Shown here: positions 10,318 to 20,639 of the stretch, piece by piece
Numbering within the stretch: position 1 is the stretch's first letter
How the letters are laid out: every line of letters begins with the position of its first letter
Origin: Treponema sp.
GTDB lineage: Bacteria > Spirochaetota > Spirochaetia > Treponematales > Treponemataceae
Assembly: GCA_045131275.1 (NCBI GenBank)
Contig: JBGUQT010000043.1
Span: 53,109 to 117,108, forward strand
Direction of reading: 5' to 3'
Length of the DNA: 64,000 bases
Made by a program: the position numbers and the translations under genes
The notes under the pieces: model-generated
What the model saw: only the letters and a program-made list of their open reading frames with translations
The model's database searches: none
What the model was told of the DNA's origin: nothing

Positions 10318-13300
10318 ATGAAGAGAACGGACATCAACAAGGTTTTGATTATCGGCTCGGGCCCGATTGTTATCGGTCAGGCATGCGAGTTTGACTATTC
10401 TGGAACGCAGGCTTGCAAAGCCCTTCGCGAACAGGGCTATAAAATTGTATTGGTAAACTCAAACCCGGCCACAATTATGACAGACCCGGTTATGGCCGAC
10501 GCCACTTACATCGAGCCGCTTAACGTTGAGCGTCTTTCTCAGATTATAGAAAAGGAGCGTCCCGACGCGCTGCTTCCCAACCTTGGCGGCCAGACCGGCT
10601 TGAACATGGCGATGGAATTGAACAAGGCCGGCGTTCTTTCCAAGTACGGAGTCCAAGTAATCGGCGTCAACCTTGACGCGATTGAGCGCGGAGAAGACCG
10701 CGAAGTCTTTAAGGAGACGATGAAAAATCTTGGCATCGACACTCCCCGCTCGGGCATTTGCCACACGATTGAAGGCGCCGAGAAAATCGCAGAAGAAATC
10801 GGCTTTCCGCTTGTCGTTCGTCCCGCTTACACGATGGGCGGCCAGGGCGGCGGCTTTTGCTACAACGTCGAGGAATTGCGAACGATTGTCGCCAACGGCC
10901 TTGACTTGTCGATGACGCGCCAATGCTTGATTGAGGAATCGATTCTTGGCTGGGAAGAGCTTGAGGTCGAGGTTGTCCGCGACGCCAAGAACCAAATGAT
11001 CGCGATTTGCTTTATCGAAAACATTGACGCGGTCGGCGTCCACACGGGCGACTCTTTCTGCTCCGCTCCCTTCATGACAATCGACAAGGATTTGGAAGAA
11101 CGCTTGAAGCGCGACGCCTTTAAGATTGTCGAGTCAATCGGCGTTATCGGCGGAACGAACGTTCAGTTCGCGCACAATCCAAAAACAGGCCGCGTCGTCA
11201 TCATCGAAATCAACCCGCGCACTTCGCGCTCGTCGGCGCTTGCCTCAAAGGCCACCGGCTTCCCGATCGCGCTTATTTCCGCGAAATTGGCTTCCGGCAT
11301 GACGCTTGACGAAATTCCCTACTGGCGCGACGGAACTTTGGAAAAATACACTCCGGGCGGAGCGCCTGACGGCGACTATGTCGTTCTTAAATTCGCGCGC
11401 TGGGCCTTTGAAAAATTCCGCGGCGTTGAAGATTCGCTCGGCACTTCTATGAAGGCCGTCGGCGAAGTTATGTCTATCGGAAAAACATTTAAGGAAACAT
11501 TCCAAAAGGCGATCCGCGGCTTGGAAAACGGAAGAAGCGGCCTTGGCTTTGCAAAAGACTTCAACCGCAAGTCCGCCGACGAACTTTGCGAAATGCTCAA
11601 AACGGCTTCAAGCGAGCGCTACTTCCAATTGTACGAAGCGATAAGAAAGGGCGTTCCCCTCGACAAATTGTACGAAATCACTTACGTCAAAAAATTCTTC
11701 CTTGAGCAGATGAAAGAGCTCGTTGACCTTGAGGAAGAGATGCTCAAAAATCCCGGCCGCGTTCCCGCCGACGACTTGCTCATCAAGGCAAAGAAAGACG
11801 GCTTTAGCGACAAGTACCTTTCAAAGATTCTTAAGGTCAGCGAAAAGGACATCCGCGCCCGCCGCAAGGAACTTGGCGTGACAGAGGCTTGGCTTGCCGT
11901 TCCCGTTAGCGGCGTGAAAAACGCCAACTACTACTATTCGACATACAACGCGCCCGACAAGAGCGTGGCGAGCGACAACAAAAAGAAAATCATGATTTTG
12001 GGCGGCGGCCCCAACAGAATCGGACAAGGAATCGAGTTCGACTACTGCTGCTGCCACGCGGCCATGCAGCTTAAGGAAATGGGCTACGAGACAATCATCG
12101 TAAACTGCAACCCGGAGACTGTTTCAACCGACTACGACACCAGCGACAAGCTTTACTTTGAGCCGGTCACGACCGAAGACGTTTTGCAGATTTACGAAAA
12201 GGAAAAGCCCTTTGGCGTAATCGTTCAGTTTGGCGGCCAGACTCCGCTCAACATCGCGCGCGAGCTTCAGGAAAACGGCGTGAACATTTTGGGAACAAGC
12301 ATCGACTCGATCGACATCGCCGAAGACCGCGATTTGTTCCGCCACATGATGGAAAAGTTGGAAATCCCGATGCCCGAAAGCGGTATGGCCATTAACTTTG
12401 AGGAAGCAAAGGCTTGCGCCGACAAGATTGGCTATCCGATCATGATTCGTCCGTCGTTCGTTTTGGGCGGACGCGGCATGGAAGTAATTTACGACGAAGC
12501 GACATTGAAGGAATATGTTGAAAAGGCCGTCGGCGTGACTCCCGACCGTCCGCTTTTGATCGACCGCTTCCTAAAGAATGCGCTCGAATGCGAAGCCGAC
12601 GCGCTTGCGGACAAAAATAAGGTATACATTCCGGCCGTCATGGAACACGTTGAACTTGCGGGAATCCATTCCGGCGACTCGGCTTGCGTCATTCCGCCTG
12701 TGTCAATTCCGGCGGACAACCTTGCGACGATTAAAGAATACACAAAGAAAATCGCGGAATCCCTCCACGTTTGCGGCTTGATGAACATGCAGTACGCTAT
12801 TGAAGACGGAAAGGTTTACGTCATCGAAGCCAACCCGCGCGCAAGCCGCACCGTTCCGCTTGTGTCAAAAGTTTGCGACACGCAAATGGCGCGCCTTGCC
12901 ACAAGAATGATGCTTGGCGAGTCTTTGGAATCGCTTGGCCTTAAAGACAAAAAAATTCCCTACTACGGAGCCAAGGAAGCCGTTCTTCCCTGGGCGCGCT
13001 TCCCAGGCGTTGACCCGATTCTTGGACCGGAAATGCGCTCCACAGGCGAAGTTCTTGGCATGGCCGAAACTTTCCCGCTGGCCTTTTACAAGTCGCAGGA
13101 AGCCGCCGGCTCAGAGTTGCCGCACGCTCCCGCCGCTTGGGAAAACAAGAAAGTGCTTATCTCCCTTTCCAACAAAGAAGGACAAAAAGAGCAAGTCATT
13201 AAAATCGGCAAGACGCTAAAAGACTTGGGCTTTACTCTGGTGGGAACGAAAGGCACCGCCGACTTCTACAACGACAACGGCATAAAGTGCGAGGTCGTGA

Positions 13301-13566
13301 ACAAAATCGGCGCCGGCCGCCCGGACGTTGTTGACTCAATCATGAACAAAGAAGTTTGCCTTGTAATCAACACGCCCAAGGCCCAGCGCAATTACGCCGA
13401 AGATCGAAAGACTATCCGAAAGGCATGCCTAAAGTATAAGGTAAGCTACATCACGACGCTTGCCGGCGCCCTTGCGGCAGTGCAAGGAATCGCGGCAGTA
13501 AAGAACGGTAATGGCGGCGAAGGCGGAGTCCGAAGCTTGCAGGAATATCACTCGCTGATAAAGTAA
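10318..13566 (+). CDS. carB: Carbamoyl-phosphate synthase large subunit
   Basis: IGSGPIVIGQACEFDYSG, duplicated ATP-grasp domains, GGGPNRIGQGIEFDYCC, C-terminal MGS domain. Confidence 0.97.
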   Translation: MKRTDINKVLIIGSGPIVIGQACEFDYSGTQACKALREQGYKIVLVNSNPATIMTDPVMADATYIEPLNVERLSQIIEKERPDALLPNLGGQTGLNMAMELNKAGVLSKYGVQVIGVNLDAIERGEDREVFKETMKNLGIDTPRSGICHTIEGAEKIAEEIGFPLVVRPAYTMGGQGGGFCYNVEELRTIVANGLDLSMTRQCLIEESILGWEELEVEVVRDAKNQMIAICFIENIDAVGVHTGDSFCSAPFMTIDKDLEERLKRDAFKIVESIGVIGGTNVQFAHNPKTGRVVIIEINPRTSRSSALASKATGFPIALISAKLASGMTLDEIPYWRDGTLEKYTPGGAPDGDYVVLKFARWAFEKFRGVEDSLGTSMKAVGEVMSIGKTFKETFQKAIRGLENGRSGLGFAKDFNRKSADELCEMLKTASSERYFQLYEAIRKGVPLDKLYEITYVKKFFLEQMKELVDLEEEMLKNPGRVPADDLLIKAKKDGFSDKYLSKILKVSEKDIRARRKELGVTEAWLAVPVSGVKNANYYYSTYNAPDKSVASDNKKKIMILGGGPNRIGQGIEFDYCCCHAAMQLKEMGYETIIVNCNPETVSTDYDTSDKLYFEPVTTEDVLQIYEKEKPFGVIVQFGGQTPLNIARELQENGVNILGTSIDSIDIAEDRDLFRHMMEKLEIPMPESGMAINFEEAKACADKIGYPIMIRPSFVLGGRGMEVIYDEATLKEYVEKAVGVTPDRPLLIDRFLKNALECEADALADKNKVYIPAVMEHVELAGIHSGDSACVIPPVSIPADNLATIKEYTKKIAESLHVCGLMNMQYAIEDGKVYVIEANPRASRTVPLVSKVCDTQMARLATRMMLGESLESLGLKDKKIPYYGAKEAVLPWARFPGVDPILGPEMRSTGEVLGMAETFPLAFYKSQEAAGSELPHAPAAWENKKVLISLSNKEGQKEQVIKIGKTLKDLGFTLVGTKGTADFYNDNGIKCEVVNKIGAGRPDVVDSIMNKEVCLVINTPKAQRNYAEDRKTIRKACLKYKVSYITTLAGALAAVQGIAAVKNGNGGEGGVRSLQEYHSLIK

Positions 13567-15671
13567 GTCTTCATAACGCCCTTGCCCTTGATTTCCATTT
13601 CGACCGGCTCGGAATAAGCGATGGCGTCTTTTATAAGCGCCATTGTTTGTTCCGAAACGTGGATCTTGGACGTTTCGCCGGAGCTTTCCATTCGGCTGGC
13701 CACGTTGACCGTGTCTCCCCAAATGTCGTAAACGAATTTTGTCTTTCCGATTACACCGGCAATAAGGCTTCCGCTGTTGATTCCTATTCGCATAAAAAGC
13801 TTGACGTCGCTCGTGGCGTTAAAGTCCTCGATGTCCTTTAACATTCCGCGCGCAAACTGGACGATTGCAAGCGCGTTTTTCTCGGCCGCTTCGTTTCCAA
13901 AAAGGCCGGACGCCGCCATGTACGAATCGCCGATTGTCTTGATTTTTTCAATGCCCTCGCGCTTGGCGCGTTCGTCGATGCGCGAGTAAAGCGCGTTCAA
14001 GGCGCCGACGACTGTGTTGGCGTCAAGGCCGCTTGTGATTTTTGTAAAGCCAACGATGTCGGCAAAAAGCACAGAGGCGTTTTCTATCTTGTCGGCGATT
14101 CGCGCGTTCTTGTCAATGGCAAGGCGCTTTGCCACCTCTTCGGGAAGGATGTTCAAAAGCAATTCTTCGGAACGGTTCTTTTCTTCCTGCAATTCCTTTG
14201 TTCGCTCCCTTACGGTGTCTTCCAACTTTCTGTTTTCTTCCTCAACGCGGATAAGCTTTCCTTCCGTCAACGAAACTGTAACTGAAACGATAAAAAGAAT
14301 CGCAAGCAAAACAAAGACTATGTCAAAGCCAAGGTACGACAAAGGCTTGAGGACGCCTTCGTATGTCAAAACGATTTTTGATGTCAAAGGAGAATAGCCT
14401 TTTGTAGCGTACATAATGCAGCCAAAGCCAAGGTTTTTTAGCGGATTGACTCTGTAAAAATCAACGCCGTGAATGTTTTCCTTGTCGCTAAGCTGCGGTT
14501 TTCTAACCCTCAACTCGTTTCCGCCAAGAGAAAAATTTCCGTTCCACGGGCCTGGATCAATCGAGCATTTGTCTGGAACTTCTATGGTAACTTTCCAGTC
14601 AGTGATAATCGTGGCCTTCATGTTATTGTAAAGCACTCCGTTAAACTGCGCGCCGAATATAGTAGGATCCTCGTCGACAAACCAAACTTTTTCAGGGTCA
14701 CGCAAAAAAGTCACGCACACAGGCTTTGTCTTTAAATTTTGAACATAGGGCGTGTGAATGACTTCTGTTCGCTGGGGAATGTTGATTCCTGTAATTGAAA
14801 GAATCACAAAAACCGCCAAAAGGCCGCCTGAAATCGCGCAAATAACTTGCCACAAATGGCTTTTGGCTATTCTTCTTTTCATCTCCGGAATTGTCAGCGA
14901 CTGCTTATAGCTTGGACTTAAGCGAGGGCCGTCCTTTTTGTCAGCGTAAAACTCCAGTTCCATAAGTTTTATCGACGAATAAAAAAGATGCAGCGCTCCG
15001 ATTCCGTAGCCAAGGTCTATCCAAGAAATTCCATAAAAAGCCAAGGCGAGAAAAATTCCTACAATCGGAAACAAGGGATAAACGACAAGCGAAACAAAAA
15101 TATTTTGCGGCAAGCGTCTTTTGGATTGAAAAATCATCACAAGCGTAATAAGGCCCGGCAAAAGGCCAAGGACAACGCTCAATGAATACAAGGAACTTCT
15201 GTGGTAAAAACCTTCTTCGTCAAAATAGTAAAAGAGATTTGTCGGCTGGCTGATAATTGTAAGAACGACTCCCAAAAGGCAAAGGTAAAAAACCGTATAT
15301 AGGTGAACCGGAATTCCGCTTTTAATGGCCGATCGGGGAGAACGGAGTATTTTAAAATCCAAGAGATCCGACTTTATGAACTCGGAGGAATAAAAGCAAA
15401 ACAAAAAAGTGTTTACATAATTTAGCGCGAAAACCATAAAATTGCTTATGCGAACTATGTAAAAACCGATCTGGCCGACATTCCCCCTAAAGACGTACGC
15501 GCATGCGTCAAAGGCAAGCAAAAGGCCGGTGACGATTTCTATCAAAACCAAAGAACGTCGGCTGTTGTCCTTTAGCTTATGTCCAGATAACAAAAAGACT
15601 CCGACCTGCAAACAAAAAAAGGCCAGGCCAAAAAGAGTCACAATGCTTACAATTCTAACTGTGTCGTTCAT
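13548..15671 (-). CDS. Multi-pass membrane class III adenylate cyclase with putative extracytoplasmic CBM2-like domain
   Basis: About 7 N-terminal TM helices; signalling helix ERTKELQEEKNRSEELLLNILP; VLFADIVGFT, KIKTIGDSYM, YDIWGDTVNVASRME (K/D pair of ATP-specific cyclases). Confidence 0.88.
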   Translation of the reverse strand: MNDTVRIVSIVTLFGLAFFCLQVGVFLLSGHKLKDNSRRSLVLIEIVTGLLLAFDACAYVFRGNVGQIGFYIVRISNFMVFALNYVNTFLFCFYSSEFIKSDLLDFKILRSPRSAIKSGIPVHLYTVFYLCLLGVVLTIISQPTNLFYYFDEEGFYHRSSLYSLSVVLGLLPGLITLVMIFQSKRRLPQNIFVSLVVYPLFPIVGIFLALAFYGISWIDLGYGIGALHLFYSSIKLMELEFYADKKDGPRLSPSYKQSLTIPEMKRRIAKSHLWQVICAISGGLLAVFVILSITGINIPQRTEVIHTPYVQNLKTKPVCVTFLRDPEKVWFVDEDPTIFGAQFNGVLYNNMKATIITDWKVTIEVPDKCSIDPGPWNGNFSLGGNELRVRKPQLSDKENIHGVDFYRVNPLKNLGFGCIMYATKGYSPLTSKIVLTYEGVLKPLSYLGFDIVFVLLAILFIVSVTVSLTEGKLIRVEEENRKLEDTVRERTKELQEEKNRSEELLLNILPEEVAKRLAIDKNARIADKIENASVLFADIVGFTKITSGLDANTVVGALNALYSRIDERAKREGIEKIKTIGDSYMAASGLFGNEAAEKNALAIVQFARGMLKDIEDFNATSDVKLFMRIGINSGSLIAGVIGKTKFVYDIWGDTVNVASRMESSGETSKIHVSEQTMALIKDAIAYSEPVEMEIKGKGVMKTYFISE

Positions 15672-15800
15672 ATATAGATTATATTTTATAAAGCGAGATT
15701 TGTCCATAAAAAAATTTCCACTAGCAAAATTGCAAAAAGCGTGATACAATGTATTTATGGGCGGGCGACGTTCCGCTCAACAATAAAACAGGAGAATAAA

Positions 15801-16172
15801 ATGAAAGAAAATCAAGGCGCCTTGTGCGTGTGCGGATGGATCATCCAAAACGACGACGATTGGAAAAAAATCACAAGGCAGTTGAACCCGCAAAAATATC
15901 CTTACCAAAACGCTTGGCAGGAAGACGTTGGCGGAGATAAATTTTCTGACGTGGTGGAAAAGGCTTTTACCACTTTAAAGAAGCACTTGGAATTTGAAAA
16001 AATCACAATCACTTTTGAGCATAAATTTGCCGCCGACAACAGCCTCTTGTTCGGAGTTTTCGCCGAGGAAGGAGCCGTAGCCGACAGCTTTATCGAAGAA
16101 GTCCAAAAAAACAAGGACGCCTATAAGCGCGTTTCTTCGTTCTTGGGCCAGGCCACATTCCACATCAAATAA
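15801..16172 (+). CDS. Hypothetical protein
   Basis: AGGAG RBS before ATG 15801; 123-aa ORF filling the gap; no family recognised. Confidence 0.6.
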   Translation: MKENQGALCVCGWIIQNDDDWKKITRQLNPQKYPYQNAWQEDVGGDKFSDVVEKAFTTLKKHLEFEKITITFEHKFAADNSLLFGVFAEEGAVADSFIEEVQKNKDAYKRVSSFLGQATFHIK

Positions 16173-17996
16173 TTATCCATTCAACTTATCCAATTCGGCC
16201 TTTACAATCTCGGCGGCTTTAGCTGCGGCTTGGTCGGCGGGAACCAACTGCGCGTCGTTTTCTGAGCGCAACTTCATTTCCACGTTGGGAAGGTTCTTGT
16301 CGCCCACAACGATGCGGAGCGGAATGCCGATCAAGTCAAAGTCCTTGAACTTAACGCCGGGACGCTCCGCGCGGTCGTCAAGCAAAACGTCAACGCCGGC
16401 GGCAAGCAAGCCCTCGTAAATCTTGTCGGCCGCCTCTTTCATCGCGCCTTCGTACTTTATCGGAACAACGACAACCTGGAAGGGAGCCACAGTCATCGGC
16501 CAAATGATTCCGTTGTCGTCGTGGCGCTCTTCGATGATGCTGGCGAGCGTTCGGTCTACGCCGATTCCGTAGCAGCCCATAATCGGAGTGGCGGCCTTTC
16601 CGTTTTGGTCAAGGTAGGTCACGTTCATGCTCTTTGTATACTTGTCGCCCAACTTAAAGATGTGGCCCAGCTCGTTGCCCTTTTTGCTGTAAAGCTCGGC
16701 GCCGCATTCCGCGCACTTGTCGCCGGGAACAACTGTCCTAAAGTCGCCGCAAGTCCAAACGCTAAAGTCGCGCAAGGGCTCAACATGCTTTGCGTGGTAG
16801 CCTTCCTTGCTGGCACCGATGTATGCGTCATGCATAAGCGCTACAAAGGCGCCGCTTGCGTCCAAATCGATAACGCTCTTGTCGGCGATGACAGGGCAGT
16901 TGCAGTTGAGCGGGCCTACAAATCCGTGCGGCGCGTTGGCGTACTTTACGATTTCGTCGTCATTGGCCAAGCCTGCTTCGCTCGCCTTTAAGAAGGCGGC
17001 CAGCTTTGTGTCGTTCAATTCCAAGTCGCCGCGAATCAATACTACAAAGTAGCTGAGCGGATAATACTTTCCGGCGTTGTCCTCAACGCGCTTAAATGAT
17101 TCCGCTCCCTTGACTCCGCTCAAATCCAAAGCGCAGTTTGTCACGCGGCAGACAATCGCCTTGATGAACTGGTTGCTCTTGGCGCCAAAGAATTTTTCCA
17201 TGTCCTCAATGCTAAAGACATTGGGCGTGGCAACTTCTTCCAGTTTTTCGTTTGTCGCGACGGAGCCGTTGGAATCAGGCTTGCAGGCCGCCTTTTCTAC
17301 GTTGGCCGCGTAGCCGCACTTGGGGCACAAAATCAAAGTGTCGTCGCCAACCGGAGACTCCACCATAAATTCCTCGGAACCGCTTCCGCCCATGCTGCCT
17401 GTGTCGGCCTTTACGGAAATTATCGAAAGGCCCAAGCGCTTGTAGATTTTTCTGTAAGCGGCGGCCACGTTGTCGTAGCTTTGGTCAAGCGACTTTTGGT
17501 CCGCGTCAAAGGAATAGGCGTCCATCATCGTGAACTCGCGGCCGCGCATAACGCCGTAGCGGGGGCGAATTTCATCGCGGTATTTTGTGTTGATTTGGTA
17601 GAGCGTCATCGGAAGCTGCTTGTAGCTTTCCAAGCCGTCGCGGACCAAAGCGGTAAAAGCTTCTTCGGCCGTAGGGCTTACGACCATGTCCTGGCCGCCG
17701 CGGTTTTGGGGAGTCAGCATTTCGCCGCTCATCTTGTCCCAGCGTCCGCTTTCTTTCCAGATTTCCGCGGGCTGAATCACAGTCGGCTTCATTTCAAGGC
17801 AGCCGGCCTTGTCCAATTCCTCGCGGATTATGTTCATTACTTTTGTAAAAGACTTAAAGCCAATCGGCATGTATGAATAAAGGCCGTTGCCCAATTTGCG
17901 GATCATTCCGCTTCGCATCATCAACTGGTGGCTTGCAATCACCGCGTCGTTAGGAGAGTCGCGGAGAGTGGAAATAAGAAATTTTGAAGTTTTCAT
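16173..17996 (-). CDS. proS: Proline--tRNA ligase (bacterial type with INS editing domain)
   Basis: SHQLMMRSGMIR, PTAEE, KYRDEIRPRYGVMRGREF, ELGHIFKLG, MGCYGIGVDR, LDDRAERPGVKF. Confidence 0.96.
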   Translation of the reverse strand: MKTSKFLISTLRDSPNDAVIASHQLMMRSGMIRKLGNGLYSYMPIGFKSFTKVMNIIREELDKAGCLEMKPTVIQPAEIWKESGRWDKMSGEMLTPQNRGGQDMVVSPTAEEAFTALVRDGLESYKQLPMTLYQINTKYRDEIRPRYGVMRGREFTMMDAYSFDADQKSLDQSYDNVAAAYRKIYKRLGLSIISVKADTGSMGGSGSEEFMVESPVGDDTLILCPKCGYAANVEKAACKPDSNGSVATNEKLEEVATPNVFSIEDMEKFFGAKSNQFIKAIVCRVTNCALDLSGVKGAESFKRVEDNAGKYYPLSYFVVLIRGDLELNDTKLAAFLKASEAGLANDDEIVKYANAPHGFVGPLNCNCPVIADKSVIDLDASGAFVALMHDAYIGASKEGYHAKHVEPLRDFSVWTCGDFRTVVPGDKCAECGAELYSKKGNELGHIFKLGDKYTKSMNVTYLDQNGKAATPIMGCYGIGVDRTLASIIEERHDDNGIIWPMTVAPFQVVVVPIKYEGAMKEAADKIYEGLLAAGVDVLLDDRAERPGVKFKDFDLIGIPLRIVVGDKNLPNVEMKLRSENDAQLVPADQAAAKAAEIVKAELDKLNG

Positions 17997-18047
17997 GGTG
18001 CAGATATTATATAGAAATAATCGCATAAATTCAATATAATGTTTTGC

Positions 18048-18878
18048 ATGAGTTTTGTAAAATTTGACGATGTACATTTTTCATATCCGCCTGTGGAAGG
18101 CGACGTTGACGACGACGGAAAACAAATCCAGCCGCCAGTGATTTTTGACCATTTTAGCGCGGAGCTTCCGTCGGGCTTTGTAAGCCTTGTTGGCCCCAAC
18201 GCAAGCGGAAAGTCAACCTTTATGCTTTTGGCCGCCGGCCGCGTTTTGCCGCAAGAGGGAACGGTTCAATTGCTCGGGCGCGACACCCGTTCCTTAAGTG
18301 AAGAGGAACGCGACAAGCTTGCAAGCTACATCTACCAAAACATGGAACTGGACACCGACCAAGAAGTCCGCGAGCTGCTGGACTTTGTATACAAAAACGG
18401 CTCGCTTGGCGGTGCGGCTTCTGGAGCGCTGGACGGGGGCAAAGATTTTTTAGCGGAAGTCCAAGAAGTTTTTGAGCTGACGGATTTGTTGGACAAAAAA
18501 TTCAACGCGCTTTCAAAAGGCCAGCTGCAGCGCGCGCTCGCGGCCTTTGCCTTGCTCTACGGCTCAAAATCGGTCTTTATGGACGAACCATTTTTTGCCT
18601 TGGAAGAGCGCCAAAAAGAAAGCGCCGTCCAATACCTAAAAGAATTCTGCGCCGCAAAAAACGCGACTGTTTACATTTCAATGCACGAGTTGGATTTGAC
18701 AAAAAAGTACGCTCAAACCGTCCTGCTTTTTTATCCCAACCACGACATCGACCTAGGAAGCGCCGACGAAGTTTTGACCGACGAGGCGCTGGAAAAATCC
18801 TACGGCGTTCCCGCGTCAATGCTAAAGCAAAGCGAAGAGCTTAGCCGCGAACAGATTGCGCGAAGGTTAAACTTTTAG
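18048..18878 (+). CDS. ABC-type ATP-binding protein (no adjacent permease)
   Basis: GPNASGKS, LSKGQ, VFMDEP, SMHE. Confidence 0.85.
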   Translation: MSFVKFDDVHFSYPPVEGDVDDDGKQIQPPVIFDHFSAELPSGFVSLVGPNASGKSTFMLLAAGRVLPQEGTVQLLGRDTRSLSEEERDKLASYIYQNMELDTDQEVRELLDFVYKNGSLGGAASGALDGGKDFLAEVQEVFELTDLLDKKFNALSKGQLQRALAAFALLYGSKSVFMDEPFFALEERQKESAVQYLKEFCAAKNATVYISMHELDLTKKYAQTVLLFYPNHDIDLGSADEVLTDEALEKSYGVPASMLKQSEELSREQIARRLNF

Positions 18879-19985
18879 CACGCCGTTTTCCAGCGCGGTG
18901 AATTCCGTTCCGTCCTGATACTTAATCACAATAGTCGGCTGGCGGACAACGCCGTCAAGGTGAATCAAACTGGGCGCGTCGTCGTCGTAATTGCAGCCGA
19001 TTGCAAAGTGGCAAGTCTGAAAGGCCTTTTCGTCTTCAAGCATGTTGCCGCCAATTGTCGCTGCGGGGTTGAGGCCGATTCCAAGCTCGCCGATGTTGCG
19101 CGCGTTGCGCTTGTAAACTTCGCCTTGGCCTTGGGGAAGCGCGCCCTTCTTTTCCATTTGAATCGACCGGGCCTCCGCGTCGGTAATCGTCTTTAATAAG
19201 CGTTTGGCTTCGTCGCCGCCGGAAATGTCGGTGGCAAAACCGCGCTGGACTTTGACCACAATCGGCGTGTTTATGATTGAATCTCCGTCGCCAAAAGTCA
19301 TCGAGCCGTCGTAAACGATTGTTCCCTCCGAGCCTTTGTCAACGCCGTTTCCTACAACCGGGCTTATAAACACTTCTCCGGCGGGAATGTTTCCGCCAGT
19401 TCCGGGCTTGGAAAAATCGCCGTCGTCGCTTAAGGGGGCGCGGCCTTCGATTGGAATCGTTACGTCCGTTCCGCCGGGAGCGGTGACGCGGACGGATACA
19501 GCGTCCTTAAATTTTGCCATAAGCTTTTTGCAGCGCTCGCCCAACTCGTCATAGTCGATGCAAGCCGTCCGCTCGAACATTTCGGGCGTAAGGCCGGGCG
19601 TCCAAATCGCGCGAATGCATTTCTTTCCTTCAAGCAGGTAGTCAAAGGCGCTGTCGTATTTTACGCCGTTCTCTCCGACATAAGGATTGGCTTCCGCCTC
19701 AGCGTCGTGGCCCAGCTTTACGCTGGAGATAGACATGATTACGTCGGGAGCGGTTTTTATCGCGGCGATGACGCTAGGCTCGGCGTTGTCCAACGAAGTT
19801 TTTTCGCGCTGGTAAATCAACACCGCGTCGGCCTCAACGTCGGAAGCCGCCGTGTAAAGGTCTTGCGCTATTTGCGCTGTTTTTGGATTTGCGATGATCA
19901 GGACTTTTTCGCCCTTCTTTATTTTAAGAACTTGCTCCGCCACGACTTGCGCGGCGGATTGTTTTTTGTAAAAAATGTTTGCCAT
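18867..19985 (-). CDS. Aminopeptidase (M29/thermophilic metalloprotease-like)
   Basis: GNIPAGEVF, NIGELGIGLNP, NMLEDEKA, HFAIG, IHLDG. Confidence 0.85.
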   Translation of the reverse strand: MANIFYKKQSAAQVVAEQVLKIKKGEKVLIIANPKTAQIAQDLYTAASDVEADAVLIYQREKTSLDNAEPSVIAAIKTAPDVIMSISSVKLGHDAEAEANPYVGENGVKYDSAFDYLLEGKKCIRAIWTPGLTPEMFERTACIDYDELGERCKKLMAKFKDAVSVRVTAPGGTDVTIPIEGRAPLSDDGDFSKPGTGGNIPAGEVFISPVVGNGVDKGSEGTIVYDGSMTFGDGDSIINTPIVVKVQRGFATDISGGDEAKRLLKTITDAEARSIQMEKKGALPQGQGEVYKRNARNIGELGIGLNPAATIGGNMLEDEKAFQTCHFAIGCNYDDDAPSLIHLDGVVRQPTIVIKYQDGTEFTALENGVLKV

Positions 19986-19989
19986 CGGC

Positions 19990-20514
19990 TCATTCGCCAA
20001 GCAACTTGGTCAACAAGTAGTTGGCCAAAATTTTCTTCCACTGAATCTTAAAATCAGCCAAGTTGTCCAACATGATGCATTCTTCGGGCGAAGTAATGAC
20101 TTTTGGCGCGGACGAAACAGTTAACGGAACAGTTGACATGACCGCAATCCATTTTCCCTTTCCAAACTGTTCCAAAGAATATTCCTTCTTTCCGCCCGCA
20201 GTAACTTTTACAGTCGCTTCGGTAAGGCCGCCCAAAATGTCAACATTCTGGTCTTTTGCCGCTTGAACCGCCACAATAAGGCCAGACGACGGATCAAACT
20301 TGCAAAACATCTCGACGTTTTTTAATGTTTTGCTGGCCGAACTGTCGTCCTCGCTGGAACCTAAAAGAATTGTAGATTTGGAACCAGTATATTTATACCA
20401 TTTGTTATAAGTTCCCGAAAAAACATCTTCCGTTCCGGTTCCGCTACAACTTGAAAAAATAGCCGCCGCGCAAAAAAGCGTCGCCGCCGCAAAAATAAAT
20501 CTTATAGCTTTCAT
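19990..20514 (-). CDS. Hypothetical lipoprotein
   Basis: GGAG RBS; MKAIRFIF...IFSSC lipoprotein signal. Confidence 0.7.
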   Translation of the reverse strand: MKAIRFIFAAATLFCAAAIFSSCSGTGTEDVFSGTYNKWYKYTGSKSTILLGSSEDDSSASKTLKNVEMFCKFDPSSGLIVAVQAAKDQNVDILGGLTEATVKVTAGGKKEYSLEQFGKGKWIAVMSTVPLTVSSAPKVITSPEECIMLDNLADFKIQWKKILANYLLTKLLGE

Positions 20515-20574
20515 AGCATTTTCTCCACAAAAAGAATAGAACATATCGCGGCCATTTGTCAAGTTTATAGGCGC

Positions 20575-20617
20575 AAAAAAAAGCGGCGAGCCAGCCGGAG
20601 ATAGGCTGTCTCGCCGC
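20575..20617 (-). terminator. Rho-independent terminator of the xyl operon
   Basis: Stem GCGGCGAG..CAGCC / GGCTG..CTCGCCGC followed by T8 on the minus strand. Confidence 0.75.
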
Positions 20618-20639
20618 AAGTTTTGGTCAGAAACCAATA

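Noticed and set aside
10318-13566. carB without adjacent carA as an anomaly
   Set aside because: Split carA/carB loci are common and carA may lie outside the window; CarB looks intact.
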